A stretch of 64,000 bases of DNA from Bilabrum cf. latius (lineage: Eukaryota), in the NCBI GenBank assembly GCA_965178125.1, contig OZ237764.1, positions 682,001 through 746,000 of the forward strand, read 5' to 3'. A program made the translations under genes and the position numbers. Under the pieces are notes generated by a model that saw nothing but the letters and a program-made list of their open reading frames with translations, was not told the DNA's origin and ran no database searches. Numbering within the stretch: the stretch's first letter is position 1; every line of letters starts with the position of its first letter. Of this stretch, positions 48,308 through 62,777 are shown one piece after another.

Positions 48308-49740
48308 TCATACTTGCTGCTTGCTTCTGACACCCATCAACGCACTCACGCAGTCCGCATGGCCTCCCGCCCTTGCTGCTTCCAGCACGTCCATATCCAC
48401 ACCATCCACCACCCCGATCACCCACGCCCCACCAGCCAACTTGCCAAGCCTCAGCCGCTTCTCCAGCTCCATGGGCCTCCCCTCCCTTGCGGCCTGAAAC
48501 ACCATCGAGGCATCCCTGTGCGCCTCATGTGCCCGCCGCCACCGCACCAGCTGGTCCCCCCGTCTGGGATCCAGGTGCTTCACACGAGCCAGCTCCCCTG
48601 CGGGCACTAGCTCAAAAAGCTTGCCCAGCACCTCCCGGGGCCTGGCTCCCCGCTTGCTGCTGTACAGAGCTTTAGGCACCGGCAAATGCTCCGTCATGCT
48701 CCCGTATGACATGTGCAATTCCGTTTCCCTGCATGCCACATCCAGCCACGTCGCACCGGTCTCGCTGTCTAGCCCTTGTTGGTACACCCTTGACCCCCAG
48801 TGCAGGAGGATCGCGAGAGAGGCAGCTGATTTCTCATCGCATGCTTGCCGTGCAGCATACACTACTACAGCTTGCCGCTTCCGACGAAGCCAGCAGTTGA
48901 ATATCTCTTCATGCGTTACAGACTACCAACCTGTATCGAGGGTACCGGCTCGACACATATACTCGAGGGATTGCAATGCACCATGGCGTATGAAGCTCGT
49001 AACCAGTGGCACTTGTTTCTGCGTGATATCGATCAATGCAAGCTCACAGTGAATCACTCATTGAACTTTCACTATCCAAGGCAGGACACTAGCATAACAT
49101 GAGGCATGGGGTAGACTTCTTGCTCACACATCGCAATCTTGCAGACTTGGACAGAGCTCGCTACAGCACTGCAGGGCGATCGAACGCTCCAAGTGCACCA
49201 GTTATACTCATAAACTGCGTGAAAGGAAGACACTCTGTGTTGCAATGAACCATGGCGACGATGTGCTGTGCCTATCTTGACTAGAGTTGCATCGTGCTCA
49301 CTCTGTGGAGCTCGCCATCGAGTGTTAAGTTCCTGGGCCAATGTGTCCTGCATAGCTTCGTGTCATACTGATCGAATAATGCAATGGCGACGGCATCATT
49401 GCGATCATTCAAGGCTTGAAGAAAGCGCCTTTTCAATGCTGCCCACTCCCTGCAACCAATAAAACTGAAGATTGTAGCAGAAATCTCAATCAGGAAACAA
49501 AAAGCTAATGCTCATATATGCACTCATACGATAAGCCGTACACACCTCATCTGGTCAACGCAACTATTCTCAGGGCAGTCCTCGCGAGGACGATAGCCAA
49601 CCCGAAGTGTACTTGTGTAAGCCTCTCTCAAGGATTCATGCGATACCATCCTACACTACAATCCACACGATGCAAACGAGTAAACGCGAACTCAAGCCCA
49701 AATGTATTGCTGTGTCCAGACACCAGCAAACTATGATTGA
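48308..49740 (-). CDS. Host gene Y copy 3 (ankyrin-like C-terminus; 5' boundary approximate)
   Basis: Paralogous to 958-2390 and 34337-44560. Confidence 0.5.
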
Positions 49741-49826
49741 TTCATACTTTAGTTGTCGTGAGAGTGAGAACCAAACAAACATTCCAACGTGACCGGCGTG
49801 ACCGAAGAGCACCTTGCAAGGCAACC

Positions 49827-51623
49827 TCAGAATCCCACACCAGCTATCGACCCGCCCTCCACGCCCTCCACAAACGCACACAAATCAAACCAACTAGGCA
49901 CTTCACCACCACCAGACCCTCCCGAACCAGCCTTGCAACCAGCCGATGCACCGGATGACCCACCAGCCCCACCATCACCAGCCCCACCATCACCCGCCCC
50001 GTCTCCCAGCACGAACTTCACCTGCCGAGGCACGTCCAGCACGACCACCCGCACCGAATCATCACCGTCCCCGTCCCGCACCCAGGCCTTGTCGCACGCC
50101 ATCCGCACCTCGTCCGCAGCCGTGTCGTCCTCGGGCCCCGCGAAGAAGAAGCGCGTCTGCCCCTCCGCCCCCCTCGTCACGTCGAACCGCCGACTGGCCA
50201 CCTCCTCCAGCGCAGAGCGGAGTTTCTCCGATTTCTCCGCGTCCGTCAGCCTGTCCGCAAGCACCACCACGCAGCGGGTGCTGTTGAGCGCGCTGCCCGC
50301 ACTCCGCAGCGGCGCCACTGGAGCCAGCCACGGGAACTGCGCGGCGCCCGTCTCTGGTTCCGCAGCGATGGACTTGGCGTTGCGGTGCACCATCCGGCCC
50401 GTGGGCGCGTGGATGATGGTGAGCTGCGGGATCTTCTGCACCCTGCACGCCAGGGCCAGCTGCTGGCTCACGGCCCCGGCACCCGCCCCCGCCTCGCCGC
50501 CGTCTGCGTCAAACCGCAGCATGGGGAAGGGCATGGTCCCGGCGTACTCCTCCGTCTGGCCCCTGTCCGTGTCCGCCGACACGAAGATCACCTCGGACCC
50601 GGGCCGGATCGGCTCGTCGGACTTGCTCTCCTCCTCCTCCTTGGCTTCCTGCTCGGCCCCTGACGCTGCCCCGGCTCCAGAGGCGGCTCCAGCCTCGGCC
50701 GGCGACGCAGCCTTCTTCGGTGCGGAACCGGCGCCGCGCGATCCGATCATAGCGATGGCGGGGTACATGCCCGCCAGCCTGGGAGTGAAGGTCTTGCACG
50801 GCTTGCAGAAGGCAGCGCTGAAGTACAGAGCCACGTACTCGCTGCGAGCGCACACCTCCTGTAGCGTCTCTTCTCTCCCGTCCTTGTGCTGGATGACGGC
50901 GTCTTTGCGGCGAGCAATCTGGGCGAAGGTGGGCCGGCTGTAGGGGAAGTTCAGTCCGGCGGGATCATCCACGACGTGGGTGCGGCCTTTCAGGGTGATG
51001 ATCTTGCCTTTGGGGGAGATGACGATGACGGTAGGGATGAATTTGAACGAAAACACGTCGTTCTTGAGCATCTCTACCTTCTTGGGGTCCCACGGCATGG
51101 CAGACCAAGGCTGCGAAAGAATTGTAGAGTTCAGGGATGGGTTTTGGTTATGTAGTGACGCCAGTTAAATACGAAACATCGTCTTATTCGTCGTCTCACC
51201 ATCTTGGAGAAATAGCGATCAAACTGCTCCTGGGATCGGTCGCGAGACATGTATACGACTTCGAAATTTAGCCTTTCGTGGTGGTCCTCGTAGTATTTCA
51301 CAAGTTTTGGCGTGAACCCCACGCAACTCGGGCACCTGCACGAATGAACGGATGCTTGATTCGTATGTTAGGCGAACATGAAGATAAACGTGACGGCAGA
51401 TTGTACATTTAACTCTTATAGCTTACCACTCCGCAGAGAAATACAGCAAAGTGTACTTGCCACTGCGATACATGGTCGATTGAAAAGATGGTCCGATGCG
51501 CTCCAGCACAGGGCTAAATTACACCTTTCACAGAGAACAGATCGATCAAAATACGCACTTTAAAGACGATGTGGGTATTATGTCTCCTTTATGCCGAAGC
51601 GCATCACCGAGCATCGTGTTCAT
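49827..51623 (-). CDS. Nucleoredoxin/tryparedoxin-like protein, two thioredoxin domains, three introns
   Basis: Exons MNTMLGDAL...SSLK / SGKYTLLYFSAEW / CPSCVGFTPKL...FSKM / PWSAMPW..., separated by GT-AG introns; WCPSC and FCKPC motifs. Confidence 0.85.
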
Positions 51624-52341
51624 CTTGCAAAAACAGAGCCTGTGCAAGAGAAATTCAAACAGCCCTTCGGAATAAATCAATTTTGTAACGTTACCACTAT
51701 AATGCGTCGGCGGAGCCTGGAGCCTGGGGGTACCGCTGGGAGCCAGTTTGCCAACGCACCAATTTACAAATATGAAGGGCCACATATTGAGAGCTGTTGC
51801 CTGCGAGCCGATAGGTAGTCTTGGGACTGAACCAATATGAAGTTCGGTAGGATCGCACGGGCATCCTGAGATCGGAGGCCATCACTAGCATTGGTTCACT
51901 AATGGGCCACCAATGACCTTATGCTACCCAAATATAGCATTTCCCTTGACTGGGGTGGTCAGCAGTTCGTTGCGTCGTCATGTTGTTGGTGTCCAGGCCA
52001 AGGTGGCAGCACTCGTCACTGCCAGCGGATTCTCTACAGCTTTTTCCAAGGCATTTGCTCTTAGTGGGAAATCTAATCAACATGCAAAATAAGATCGATG
52101 TAGATGTGTCCATTCCGCGCGAGTCGATTCCGGCGCCGCAGTAGGCCGGGCGTTTGGTTCATTCCGAGCGTGCACGTGCAATGCAGGTTGCCGCCGCTGT
52201 GCTTGCGTAGCACCCAACTGCTACCAATGGCAATAAATTGATCAATAAAGATAAACGGGGCGCACTGAAGTAGTTCTGGTCCGAGCACGTGAGCAACACG
52301 ATACCCGGGCAGGTGTCTCCGTTGCGTTTCACTATTTTGTT

Positions 52342-54324
52342 TTGCTACGCTTCCTTGGTGCACCTGCCCTCTTTGCTCAGGAAGATGCCGCCGTGCTGCA
52401 ATGGCTTCAAAGTTCATACGGAAGCGTTGAAATCGAGCTGTCTCAGGTTGACTGGAGAGCATGTGCTTCTGAGGTTTGTAGCACCCGAACATACAAGCAG
52501 GTTCGGGACAGGTACGTAAATGTCCTAGACCCGCGCATAGATCGTAGCGCCATGAGATGCGAAGAAGTAGAGGAATTATTCCGATGCAGAGACACGCTTG
52601 GCAATCGATGGAAGGACATTGCTTCGAACTTACCCGGCCGAACGGAGCTCATGGTAAGGAATGCATTCTACGCAGCAAAACGAAGAGCAGAGCGGCGTGC
52701 CCGGAAACTGTTTGGGTCGATTACAGAGGTTACAGACGTACATATCAAGGAAGAAGCAGTAGCAACCGCTCGATAGGATACCAGCAGTCGAGAAGGCCCC
52801 GAGCACGGCAAGTGCTACAAAGCATCTGCTGCAGCAGGCGCCTCGCATCGTGACCCACGAGGACGCCCGGTGCATCTATCCACTGCAGCATCAGGCATTA
52901 CCAGCTAGTCGTATCAGTCAGTATTAGGTTCTCGAGCGGGCAGTGTGGTGTCAGCAATCGGCAGCCTGAGTGCTCAGCAGCCGAAGCTACCTGCCATGCA
53001 AGTTGCTGCGCAAACCCGGCAGGCTGGCTCGGCTCAATCTTCGCAGCTGTCAGTAATACCATCAATGCTACCATCTAACGGGTCTGCATTGGCATAGTCT
53101 GCATACCAAGGAGAGCAACTGCATGGCAGCAGCCCGCAGCAAGCAGGCGGGCCGCCTTCCATGCCGGTGCTCGGCCTACAGGCAGGGCCAGGGCCAGTGG
53201 CAGCCGGAGATGGCACAATCGCTGTCTCAAACTCAATTGCAAGTGGACACCCTATCATTACGGGAGAAACAGTAGCCTGCGCTGTCCGAGACGCGTTGCA
53301 AGCAGCTCGAGAGCAGAGACAGTCCGCTCCGTCCAGGGAAGGGACTCATGGACTACAGTCCGCTCCGTCTAGGGAAGGGACTCATGAACCACTGAACCAC
53401 TGCCACCCCGCAAGCATCTCTAGTTCCAGCTCAGCAAAGCACCTGGACAAATTGCCAAGCTCCAGCTCCAACTCTAGTTTGAGCAGCAGTAGCATCGCAA
53501 TGGGCTTGCGCGCTTCATTCTCGAGTGTTGGTGCAGGCACCGGTGCGCTGGCAGACGCAGGCGCAGGTGCTGCTTCAAGTTCAGGCACCGGTGCTGCTCC
53601 AAGTTCAATGGGGCTCCAGGCCGCCGTGCCGCTAGGGCGTCTACAAGCACCAGGTGGGACAGCGATGGCGGCGATGCAGCAGCAGCAGCAGCAGCAGCAG
53701 CAGCCGCCGCCGCCATACCGCTAGCAGTACCAGCAGCAGACCATGACACACGACCACTGCCCCGCTCCCGGCGATAGCGAGACAGCGCGTGGCAGTGTAT
53801 TGCACGGTAGTGCACGCGGGTTCAATTTGCGACCAGGCCAGAGGCGTCGCTCTGCGCAACAGGGGGGCCGGTCCCACAAGAGGCGGCGGACGGTCGAGCA
53901 GGTGATCCGGTCAGTGCTGCAGGACGCACCCGCTGCCTCTGCCTCTGGTGGTGCCACTGCCAGCTCGGCCGATGGAGAGCCACTGGACAGGCCGGGTGGA
54001 CACATCAGGGCCATGCATGTGCATGCCGGCTCTTCGCTCGGAGACAGGCGCAGGCAGAGGTATCCAGCTGCTCTCTAGGGAACAACCGAGGGTCATGGGG
54101 GCATGCCCAGGGCTCCTACCAATGTTGGGCCTGTGCTAGTAGGCATGCAGGGCGGTGAAGTCGCTCAGCATGAGGATCGGGAGGCGCGAAGTAGTGTAGC
54201 GCCAGGGACCGCTGCAGCCAGTGTGGATGAGGCCGCGTCTGCTGCGGCAGCTGCTGCGGTTGCTGCCATACAGCGAGGCCAGAAGCAAGCCAGCGGTAGG
54301 CGCGGATCGCAGTGCTCAATGTGA
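52342..54324 (+). CDS. MYB-repeat transcription factor (5' end uncertain)
   Basis: DWRACASEVCSTRTYKQVRDRYVNVLDP...LGNRWKDIASNLPGRTELMVRNAF; frame continues through TAGs (52774, 53722, 54076 and others) with poly-Gln to TGA. Confidence 0.85.
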
Positions 54325-54614
54325 GCTTCTCTCGCGATCTAGACTGCCGTGGAAGATAGATGATTGAAGTCAACGCCGGCCAAGTCAACAGTTGGTCAGC
54401 TGATTTGCATTCGTCATCATCTCTCCGAGAGTCTGCTGCCCGCGGTGCAGTCGCAATCCAATGTCGGATCCCAACTTCTTCTTTCGACCTCAGCATCGCC
54501 AGCTTGCTCGAGCGCGGCTTCACTCAGCAGTCAAAGGCTAAACAGCCTTGGGCTAAGATCAGCTGTGGTGCGAGGGGGGAACTAGGGGCAGCTTCACAAG
54601 GTTTCAAGAGCAAA

Positions 54615-55761
54615 ATGGGATGTGGTGCATCCGTTGCGAATCACGTACCGCAGGTTAGTTCAGTAGACCTTGGGTACCAAACTCCCACAGAAATAATGCT
54701 GTGGAAGATTTCAGTATCAGAATGTTCTTCCTTTCATGCTTGCATTACCATTATCCCAAGAGTTTTGCGAGTGTTCGCCACCGTGATCCTTCCCGCAGAC
54801 AAGCGACGGCACTTTGTACCAGGATCCAACCAATGGAAGCACCAAATGGTACTTGCATGGAAATTGTCTAGATGGCGCCACAGGATTCGCTGCGGATGGC
54901 ACAAAAGAAGAAATTAAGCCCAAGTTCCCCGTAGTACGGCAAGAACAACAGCACAGCGCCGAACAGCAACGCGACCGCCCTTCGGCATGGGTCCTTGCAG
55001 CGGTTTAGAGCAAGCACCAACACCCCTTTTTCGCATGTGGGCGAGAAGAAGCCCGCGCGGTGGAGGCCTGGTTCAGAACAATGCATCGAATTTTCGGGGA
55101 TCGAGTGAAGGCAGCTCGCGGCCGGCTCGGGTCTGTTCACCGCATCAGGTGTATCTCCGCGCAGCAGAAATCCTTCCTTGCGCGCGTACCAGACAAATTG
55201 CGCGTACTTGTCTCATACAACCTTCCGCGCGGTGGTGCCAGACTCCCTCGAAAGTGGCTGGCAGGCTTGCTGTCCTGCCTCCAGCTTCCGCCAGCTGGCA
55301 TGGAAAGGGGACTGGTGGTCACCGGTTCGTTCGAATCTGCCGCCGGATACAGCAGCAACGAGGCAGTAGTGTCTGCTCGATCCATAAATATGCGCCTTGA
55401 CGGGGACCAGGAAGCCGCTGGCGTCCGCTCTAAGCTATGGGGCGCGTCCGAAGGTGCGTTGCTTGGCCTGGGCCTCAAGTCGTGCTTCCGGAATCCAGAG
55501 CACCGATCGCCGCTGTACAGGCAAGTGGAACGGGGACGGTCTGTAGCTGTCCAAGATCAGTCCATGCTATAGGCGGCTGGAGCGGGGCGGCGGCACGGCA
55601 CACGGGCTGGAACTGAGAACACCCGCAGCGGCGAGGGGATGACACGCCGTGGTGCTGCCCCAGATGTGAAGAGCTCGAGCTCGGGCATTGGCACCAGCAG
55701 CAGCAGTAGCAGTAGCAGTGGGATTTTCGGTGACTTGGACGACGAGAATGCAGTGCGCGCG

Positions 55762-55794
<33 letters not shown>

Positions 55795-57453
55795 GGGAAC
55801 AATGGGAACAACAAGTGGGCCGCACTGCTGGCAGTCGCTACAGCCAGGAGTGTGACGAGAGCCCCGTTCCGAGACAGGAGGCGGGGTGGCAGCGAAGGGC
55901 TAGTCCGCACAACTGGCACTCAGCTTCGCGGCGAGCCGGCGTATAATGGCTTGAATCGTGCGACATCGGAGGAGAATGTCACTGCGGGCAGATCGACGAC
56001 CGAGTCCGGCACGGTGTTCCATCCGTCGGAAACGTCGGGAACGGATGTTATTGGAGTGGGCATGGGTCGGCAGGACGGCAACGGCAAGGCCAGCATGTAC
56101 TCAGGCGAGTAGTACGCATGGCAGCTCAACAAGGGTAAGAACAGGTCTACCAGCGCCGCCAGAGGTCATACTCGTGCTAGCGATGCGATAGACGGTGCGA
56201 CAGCGACAGCGGCAGCGGCAGCGCCCACCCCGATGACGACGGTGCCCGCCCCAGAGTTTGAGGTCGCGAGGATTTTCCTTGGTGTAGGTGCACTGCATGG
56301 TGGTGCTGACGGTGGCTGTACCCACAAGCCCGTGCTGTTGAAGCGCCGAAGCAATCTGGGCACAGGTGGCGGGACTGATGCAGCAGCAGTAATAACACCA
56401 GCAACAGATGTGGCAGGTGGAGCAGACTCAAGCGGGTGCGAGGACAGGCCCAACGCACCAGTGGGACACATCGGAAGTCCAATAGGAGAAGTCCAGAGAG
56501 CTGATAAAGGTCATGCCGCCCATCCGGATTCCACACACATTGCACTGGAAGGCAGTGCACCCAACCGGGGCGGGTACCTCAAGAGCAGCGCCAACGCTAG
56601 CACAAGCTCCGGCATCGGCGCTGGCACGTCAAGAAGGAGCCGGTCCTGCCCCGGCGTGGATGGTCGCACATTCAAGCCGCCTGGACCCCGACATGGTCGC
56701 AGCACCGATGTGCCGGTGCTCCAAGGGACACAACCACAGGCCGGAACAGCGAGGCCTCCGTTGCCTGCCAGTGGGTCCAAGTGGGCCGCGCGTGGTGCTT
56801 GTGGGGACCGGCCGAGTCACCATGAGGAGGACGCGCGTGCCAGTGCCAGGGCCAGTCCGCTGAAGGAGAGCAGAAGCGGCGCAAGGGGCATATCCACGGA
56901 AGCTGTCAGGCGGCACGTATCCGTGGGCTCTTTCCCGCGACCGGGCGAATCTGCCCGTAGGGTACACTCGTCACACAAGCTTGAGGCTGCCAGGAGCGAC
57001 CGAGCTGCGCCCAACTCTGGCACCGGCAGTGGCACCGGCACCGGCACCGGCCATGCCCCTAAGCTGCGCAGTGGACCGTTCCTTCCATCCGCAGAGGAAG
57101 CCGCTGAGGCCAATACTGGCAAGAACACTGCCGGTAATCGCAGTGTCGGTGGCAGTGGTGATGCCAGTCCGGACATGATGTCGCCTGTGGGGGGAGGCTC
57201 GGTCCGGCTTGTGCCGACTGACGTATTTCTCCCTGCGCGGAAGCACGGCCACGATAAGAATCATAGTAAGCTCCCGTCCGACCGAAAAATGACGCTGACT
57301 CCGCTGTTCCTGCTGGCCATGGAAGGCCCTGGCTGGGAGGCGCTCATGAGGCAGGCGCACTTCGTCCAGGCGGTGCGTAGCATGCTCGGCGTGCACCACA
57401 TGGCGTTCGTGAAATTGGGCGATCCGGTGGACGGAGACCAGTGGCTGCGGTGA
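54615..57453 (+). CDS. Hypothetical protein with N-terminal MGCGAS acylation motif; intron 54654-54798
   Basis: 13-codon exon, phase-0 GTTAG...CGCAG intron, then one frame via TAGs at 55006, 55570 and 56110 to TGA. Confidence 0.7.
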
Positions 57454-57593
57454 TTATACAGATACAATGAGGAATGGTTATCACGGTATACCACTGTTGT
57501 GATTTTTCTACCGGACACCGAATGAAGATGAAAGAAATTCCTGGCGCGAGCGCATGTCGCGCGAAGGCACTCCCACTGTGACAATAGAAGAAC

Positions 57594-59677
57594 ATGGCAG
57601 CTTGGGCTGCTGGATCAGCGATCATGTTTGTCGCACTAGCCGCTGTCACGGCGTATTTAGTTTGGTACTACGCTCGACGTGATGTAGGCTGGCCGTACCT
57701 GCTCTTGGTTGCAGTGACATGGTGAGCCGATTTCTCCACTGGCCATGGCTCACAGACTACACTTTCCTCACAATTAGTGCGTATGGGAGTTATAATTATC
57801 ATCGCAGGTACTTTGGATTCTTCGGGGCGCTGTTTATTCCTGTGGACCTCGCGACGACGTACGACAGCGCAGACGGTCCCAAGAGTATGCAGCAGCTGTG
57901 GCTTGCAGTGTACTGGATGACGTTTGTAGTAACGTGGCTTGTAATTCCTATCGTAAACGAGTTCCAGTCCAGTGGCTATTACCACTGGTAGGACGGTGTT
58001 CTGTCGTCTCTTCGATCCAACCTGATCCAGTACATCGTGATGATAGTTCTCGGCGCCGCTTTTGTGGTATGGGTTCTCGCATCCCACCGATTAACGGCGG
58101 CTGAACTCCCTGACTTTGTTGTGGTCGCCGCGACTGCCTACGGTATGATTTTCGTGGCCGCACTCGGCGGGTACGGCCTCATTGAGCTCCCGCGTTGGTT
58201 TTGGAAGCAGGGTGACGCTGCTGGGACGCTGCGAACGCTTCAATTTTAGGCACCCGAGCTAGAGAACGCTGCGTATGAGGCGCGCCAGGAGCTTGAGGCC
58301 GTTCTGGCTGACGTGCGAACGGCAAACGCCCGCATCCCGAGGGAGGGCGAGGCCTCCTCCCCGAGCGCCCGGGCCATGCGCACACACATCGACGCTGTGC
58401 TCGAAACGGCGAGGATCGCGGAGCATGAGGGGCAGGACGGTCTGGTGCTGGAGGCGTCGCACGGCGGTGCGGGGGGCAGGGGGGGCTCGTCCTCGACAGA
58501 CTTGGAGGGATCCGGAGCGGTGCCGGACCTGTCTGGCATGACGAGCGGCTGGCTGGCATCGGTGCACCGGCGTCTGATTTTTGCGACCAGCGCGTACTGC
58601 AAGGCCAGGTACCGCTGGGTCGGGCTGGTGCGGAATTGCGCGGCGATCTAGGGGGCTCTAGAGGAGGGCGGAACTGGGGGTCCACCGGTGGGCGGGAATG
58701 CTGCCGCTGCCACGGGTCGGTCCCAGTGCCAGCTGCTGGGTGATTGGGTCAACTGGCAGTGGCAGCACAGGGCGAGACACTGGGTCATGCGGGGGCTAGC
58801 TATCGCCTGCGTGCTGATTTCGCTGCTGCTGCTGTGGTCCGAGGCAGTGGCACCCCTGAAGATGTCCAAGAAAGTCAGGGCCAACCTGAGCCTCGTCTCG
58901 GTCATCACCCACGGAGCTGACGCACCAGGATGGAGGTGGATCCTGGGCCAGCTTTTCTACGGTTACCTCTCTGTGTGCGTGTACTATGGCCTGTTCTAGC
59001 TGCGGCCCTTCGCGTTCATGGACTTGCTTGGGGGCAAGCAGACGGATGCATACGCTCTGCTCTTCAACGCCATGTACCTGTGCAGGCTGCAGTTCTCCCT
59101 GGCCTTCAACTACCTGGCAATATGCCGGTTTGACCAGTACCACGGCGACGGGGCTGGATCTTCGCACCCTCATACGGCGTTCCAGGCATCGGTGGGCGGG
59201 GGATCAACGCAATCGGGGATTGACTTCGGGCTGTGCGCGGTGTTTGCGCTCGCTGCCCTCCTAACGGCGGCGGACTGCCAGACCAGGCTGACTCGCTGGC
59301 TCGGGTTTGACCACCTGGCAAGCGAGCCGAGATCGGATCATGCCGAGGATGACGCGATCGTGAGCGAGGGCCGGTCTCTGGTTCGCAGGGAACTCAAGCG
59401 AATCGGGGCCTCTGACGTTACGGTCGGGTTGGCGGGTGCAGACGCCAACGCTGATAGAGGGGTGGGCGCGTCGACTCCGCTTAGCTCGGCTGACGTGGTC
59501 GGAATGGAGGAGGGTGACAGGAGCATGGGGCGGGGGGCGGCGGGGACTAGTCGTGAGTTCGTGTTTGGAGAGGCTCCTCTGCCCCCGGGTGTCACCCGGG
59601 GTGGAGGGGGGAGTGGGAGCAGGGGTGGGGGGAGCGACGGGTTCGATTTTTTAGGGGAAGGCGCAGGTGAGCGGTGA
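57594..59677 (+). CDS. LMBR1-domain multi-pass membrane protein; intron ~57722-57807
   Basis: IPVDLA...LWLAVYWMTFVVTWLVIPIVNEF..SG...GYGLIELPRWFW...LLFNAMYLCRL..SLAFNYL; TAG read-through at 57989, 58247, 58649, 58997. Confidence 0.85.
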
Positions 59678-59906
59678 ACAGGGCCCTCGCCTGCGCTTTG
59701 CATGAATATGATGGTTGTGCTTGGGTTGCTTTGGTGCCATGGGGGGCGGTCTCGCTTGCCAACAGCTCCTGGGGCAGCAGGGAGTCGGCAACGGGGTGAC
59801 GAATGCACTTTGGCATTGCAAAATGCATACGCAAACTGTGTTATGAGTTGTATCAAACGTTTGAAAATAAGATTTGAGTAACGACCTACAAAGCGAGCTG
59901 CGTGGC

Positions 59907-62777
59907 ATGGACCGGGGTGCGCTCGCTATGGCACGAGCCAAGATGGCGGATGAGTCTAAGAGTGCCATTGGGAACCCGCTTGGGGTGTGCGAGCATGGCG
60001 AGCCAACACTAAGGCACCAGGACATTCTTTGGATAGCAGAAGGACTGCACTGTTTCGCAATCATGCTGCATCCTAAGGAGCCCATGGTGTGGACCGATGG
60101 TATGTTCATTGTAGTTCCGCGACGAACTGCGCCACGCATTGCCGGCGTCGAAGACTTAACAGACAGAGAAGCAGCTGAAATAGGGATAATCAGTCGATCA
60201 CTGGGCCAAGCCGGGAAGCGGGCAGTCATGGCGATGCTAAATCTCAGCTCTGATGAAGTGTATGTTGAACAGCATGCGGCTCGCTGCACGCAACCGCCGT
60301 GGTACAGAACTTGCATGGAGATCACAATCAACCGAATCGGTAGCAATCGATTTGAATCTCTGCGATGGATGCTACTTGCAGGCAGTGGCAAGGGGTCGAT
60401 AGCACAGATCCGCAAGTGCTTCGATCCCACGGTCCCGCTGGCATTTCCAGGGCCTATTCTACCAACCGTCGCCCTCCACGCGAACGTCTTGTCGAGAGTG
60501 AACAACATCGAGCAGTCCACATCTGGTTGTTGGGTAACTCTGAGCCTTCGCGACGGAGACGACAAGCTAATGCAGTGGGACGACGGGTGCGAAGGGCTGG
60601 CTGCGGGCGAGCACGCCAGGCAAGGCGGCCCGTGGGTGCAGGCCGTGCCGGCGCCCCCAAAACCGGAACACCTACCGAAGCAGGTGCCCGAAGCGAGCAG
60701 AGGCATGCGCGCAGTTCGGCTGGTAGAGCACATTCGGGGCCGCATTGGCTGCACGGTGGTCGGCTTGGGGCGAGCCAGCTTGGGGCATACAGCAGCAGCG
60801 GGCACCGAGCAGTCGGGGCGGGCGACCACTGGAAGCAGCGTGACCTCTGACTCTTTGAGTTCGGGCAAGGCAATGAACATGTCTCGTGGAAAGGGGTTAT
60901 CAAAGGGCATTCGCATTAGTCCTCACTTCGAGCATGTAGTCCAGCGCTCCGTGGCACAGGCATGGGTGCTCGAGCAAGTGCTCGCGTATCCGGTCGCAAG
61001 CGAAGAAACCGGTGCAAACGGAGCAGCCAGCAACGCACCAAGCATTCCATCCAGATCGAAGCCAGGCGCTTCGCTCCCCGTTTCGACTCCGGATCACCTG
61101 AAGGAGGGTCGCATGACAGCCGAACGGACACCCACGGGCCTGCACACACTCCGCTCGGCTCGCACCGGGCTGTATATCGCTGCCGAATCCAGGAGCAAGT
61201 CGCTCATCGCGCCAGGGACCCGGCTGTGCCTCCGCAAGATGGCACCGGGCAGCAGTTTCGCGCTCCGAATGCAGATCGTCCCCGACGAGGATGGCAGGAG
61301 CGTGAGACTTCGGGTTCCCTATCGCGTCAGCGGCAGCGGAGGGAGCAAGGGAGGCGGGCAAATGTGCAGCTCCATCGACAGCGAGATTGACGCCAGGGCC
61401 GGGGCCGTGGGCCTCAGGGAGGCGACACGGGAGGATGCATCGCACGATGGCGCGGCAAGCGGGTCGTCTTCGCAACCCGCTGCGACTGTGCTCAAAACAC
61501 AGGGCTGGCTGTACGTGACACTCGACCGCGACCTGGCTCCAAAGGAGTACACGGGGGACCCGGGGATACGGCTCGTGCTGCTTCAAGGCGGGGAAGAGGC
61601 AGAGCATCGCCAGAAGTTTCGGCTACAGGGCTGGCGGTTTCCCCTGTGCAGGCCGTGCGACGTGCCTCCGATGCAGCCCGTGACCGACGCGATGAAGCGG
61701 CGGGCGGCGAGGGAGAGAGAGGAGCTGGCGCGATCCAGACACACAGAAGGCTTGGATTCCAGTGCTGCGGATCATGATCGGGTCCTGAGCAAGAGCAAAG
61801 CGTTCGATCGGGGCGGCAGCGCCAGTGGCGGCAATGTGATCTCACTCCGGAAAGAGACGCGAGCGCAGATGGACCAGGTCGTGCAGCTCACCGCGGGAGT
61901 CACGAGGATGGAGAAGGAGGCGGCAATCGCAAAGGTCATTCCAGTGGGGCAGACCCAACGCCCCCCCCCCCCGAGCAGCCGCGCGCTGGCAGGCAAGGAC
62001 ACCGCAAAACATCTGGAAGAGGCCGATGGCACCGGGGTCCTGCCAGAGGGCCCATCCCCTTTCGATGAGCTGTCACGGCGTTTCCTCTTCATCCGCAAAG
62101 ATTCCAAAGGCAGGAAAGGCCCAGGCGTAGGATTGCCGCAACGATCCAGTGGTGCGATATCCCTACTTCACGAGAACAGCTTGTCATCGGACCCTGGTCA
62201 GGGTGGTGGTCCAGTGCCGGCAGAAATCGCAATCAACTCCGGCTCCGGCCCCGCCCCTTCCAGCACGTGGAGAGGCCGACACGGCCGCTCCTTCGATGCA
62301 GCCAAGCTAGAGCAGGCGAGGCAGATCGAGCGGGTCTTCGCGCAGGACCAGGCAGCGAAAGCAAGGCGCGGACGAAAGGCCAAATCCATGGCTGGCAGGC
62401 AGCGCGGCACGCAGCGCGGTAGAGGGCAGCGTGGGGTAGGTCACACGCCAGGGCAGGGGTTGCACAATGCAGCTGGTTCTAGCCGTAGTAGAGAGTTAGA
62501 GCCCGTGAAACCGCAGCAGCTGCTGCCAGAGGCCATGCGGCACCGGATCATTAGGCACCTGGGTGACGCAGAAGGCCTCCCCTAGAAGGACAGGAAGCAA
62601 GCGAGCAGATAGCGGGTTAGGATGGCGGGGGCAGTAGATTCGGAAACTCTGGGGAGATTCAAAGCGGCCGCTGCGGCGGATGCGCGGTTGGTGACTTCAC
62701 CCCTCGCGCAGAGCGGGGCCCGCAGCTTGGCGTACGGCAGGGCAGTGCACGGAAGCATCATATCTGGCTCGGACTGA
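59907..62777 (+). CDS. Large hypothetical protein
   Basis: Long open frame; TAG at 62583 and 62610 read through to TGA 62775-62777. N-terminal FIVVPRR...EDLTDREAAEI is weakly HIT-like. Confidence 0.65.
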
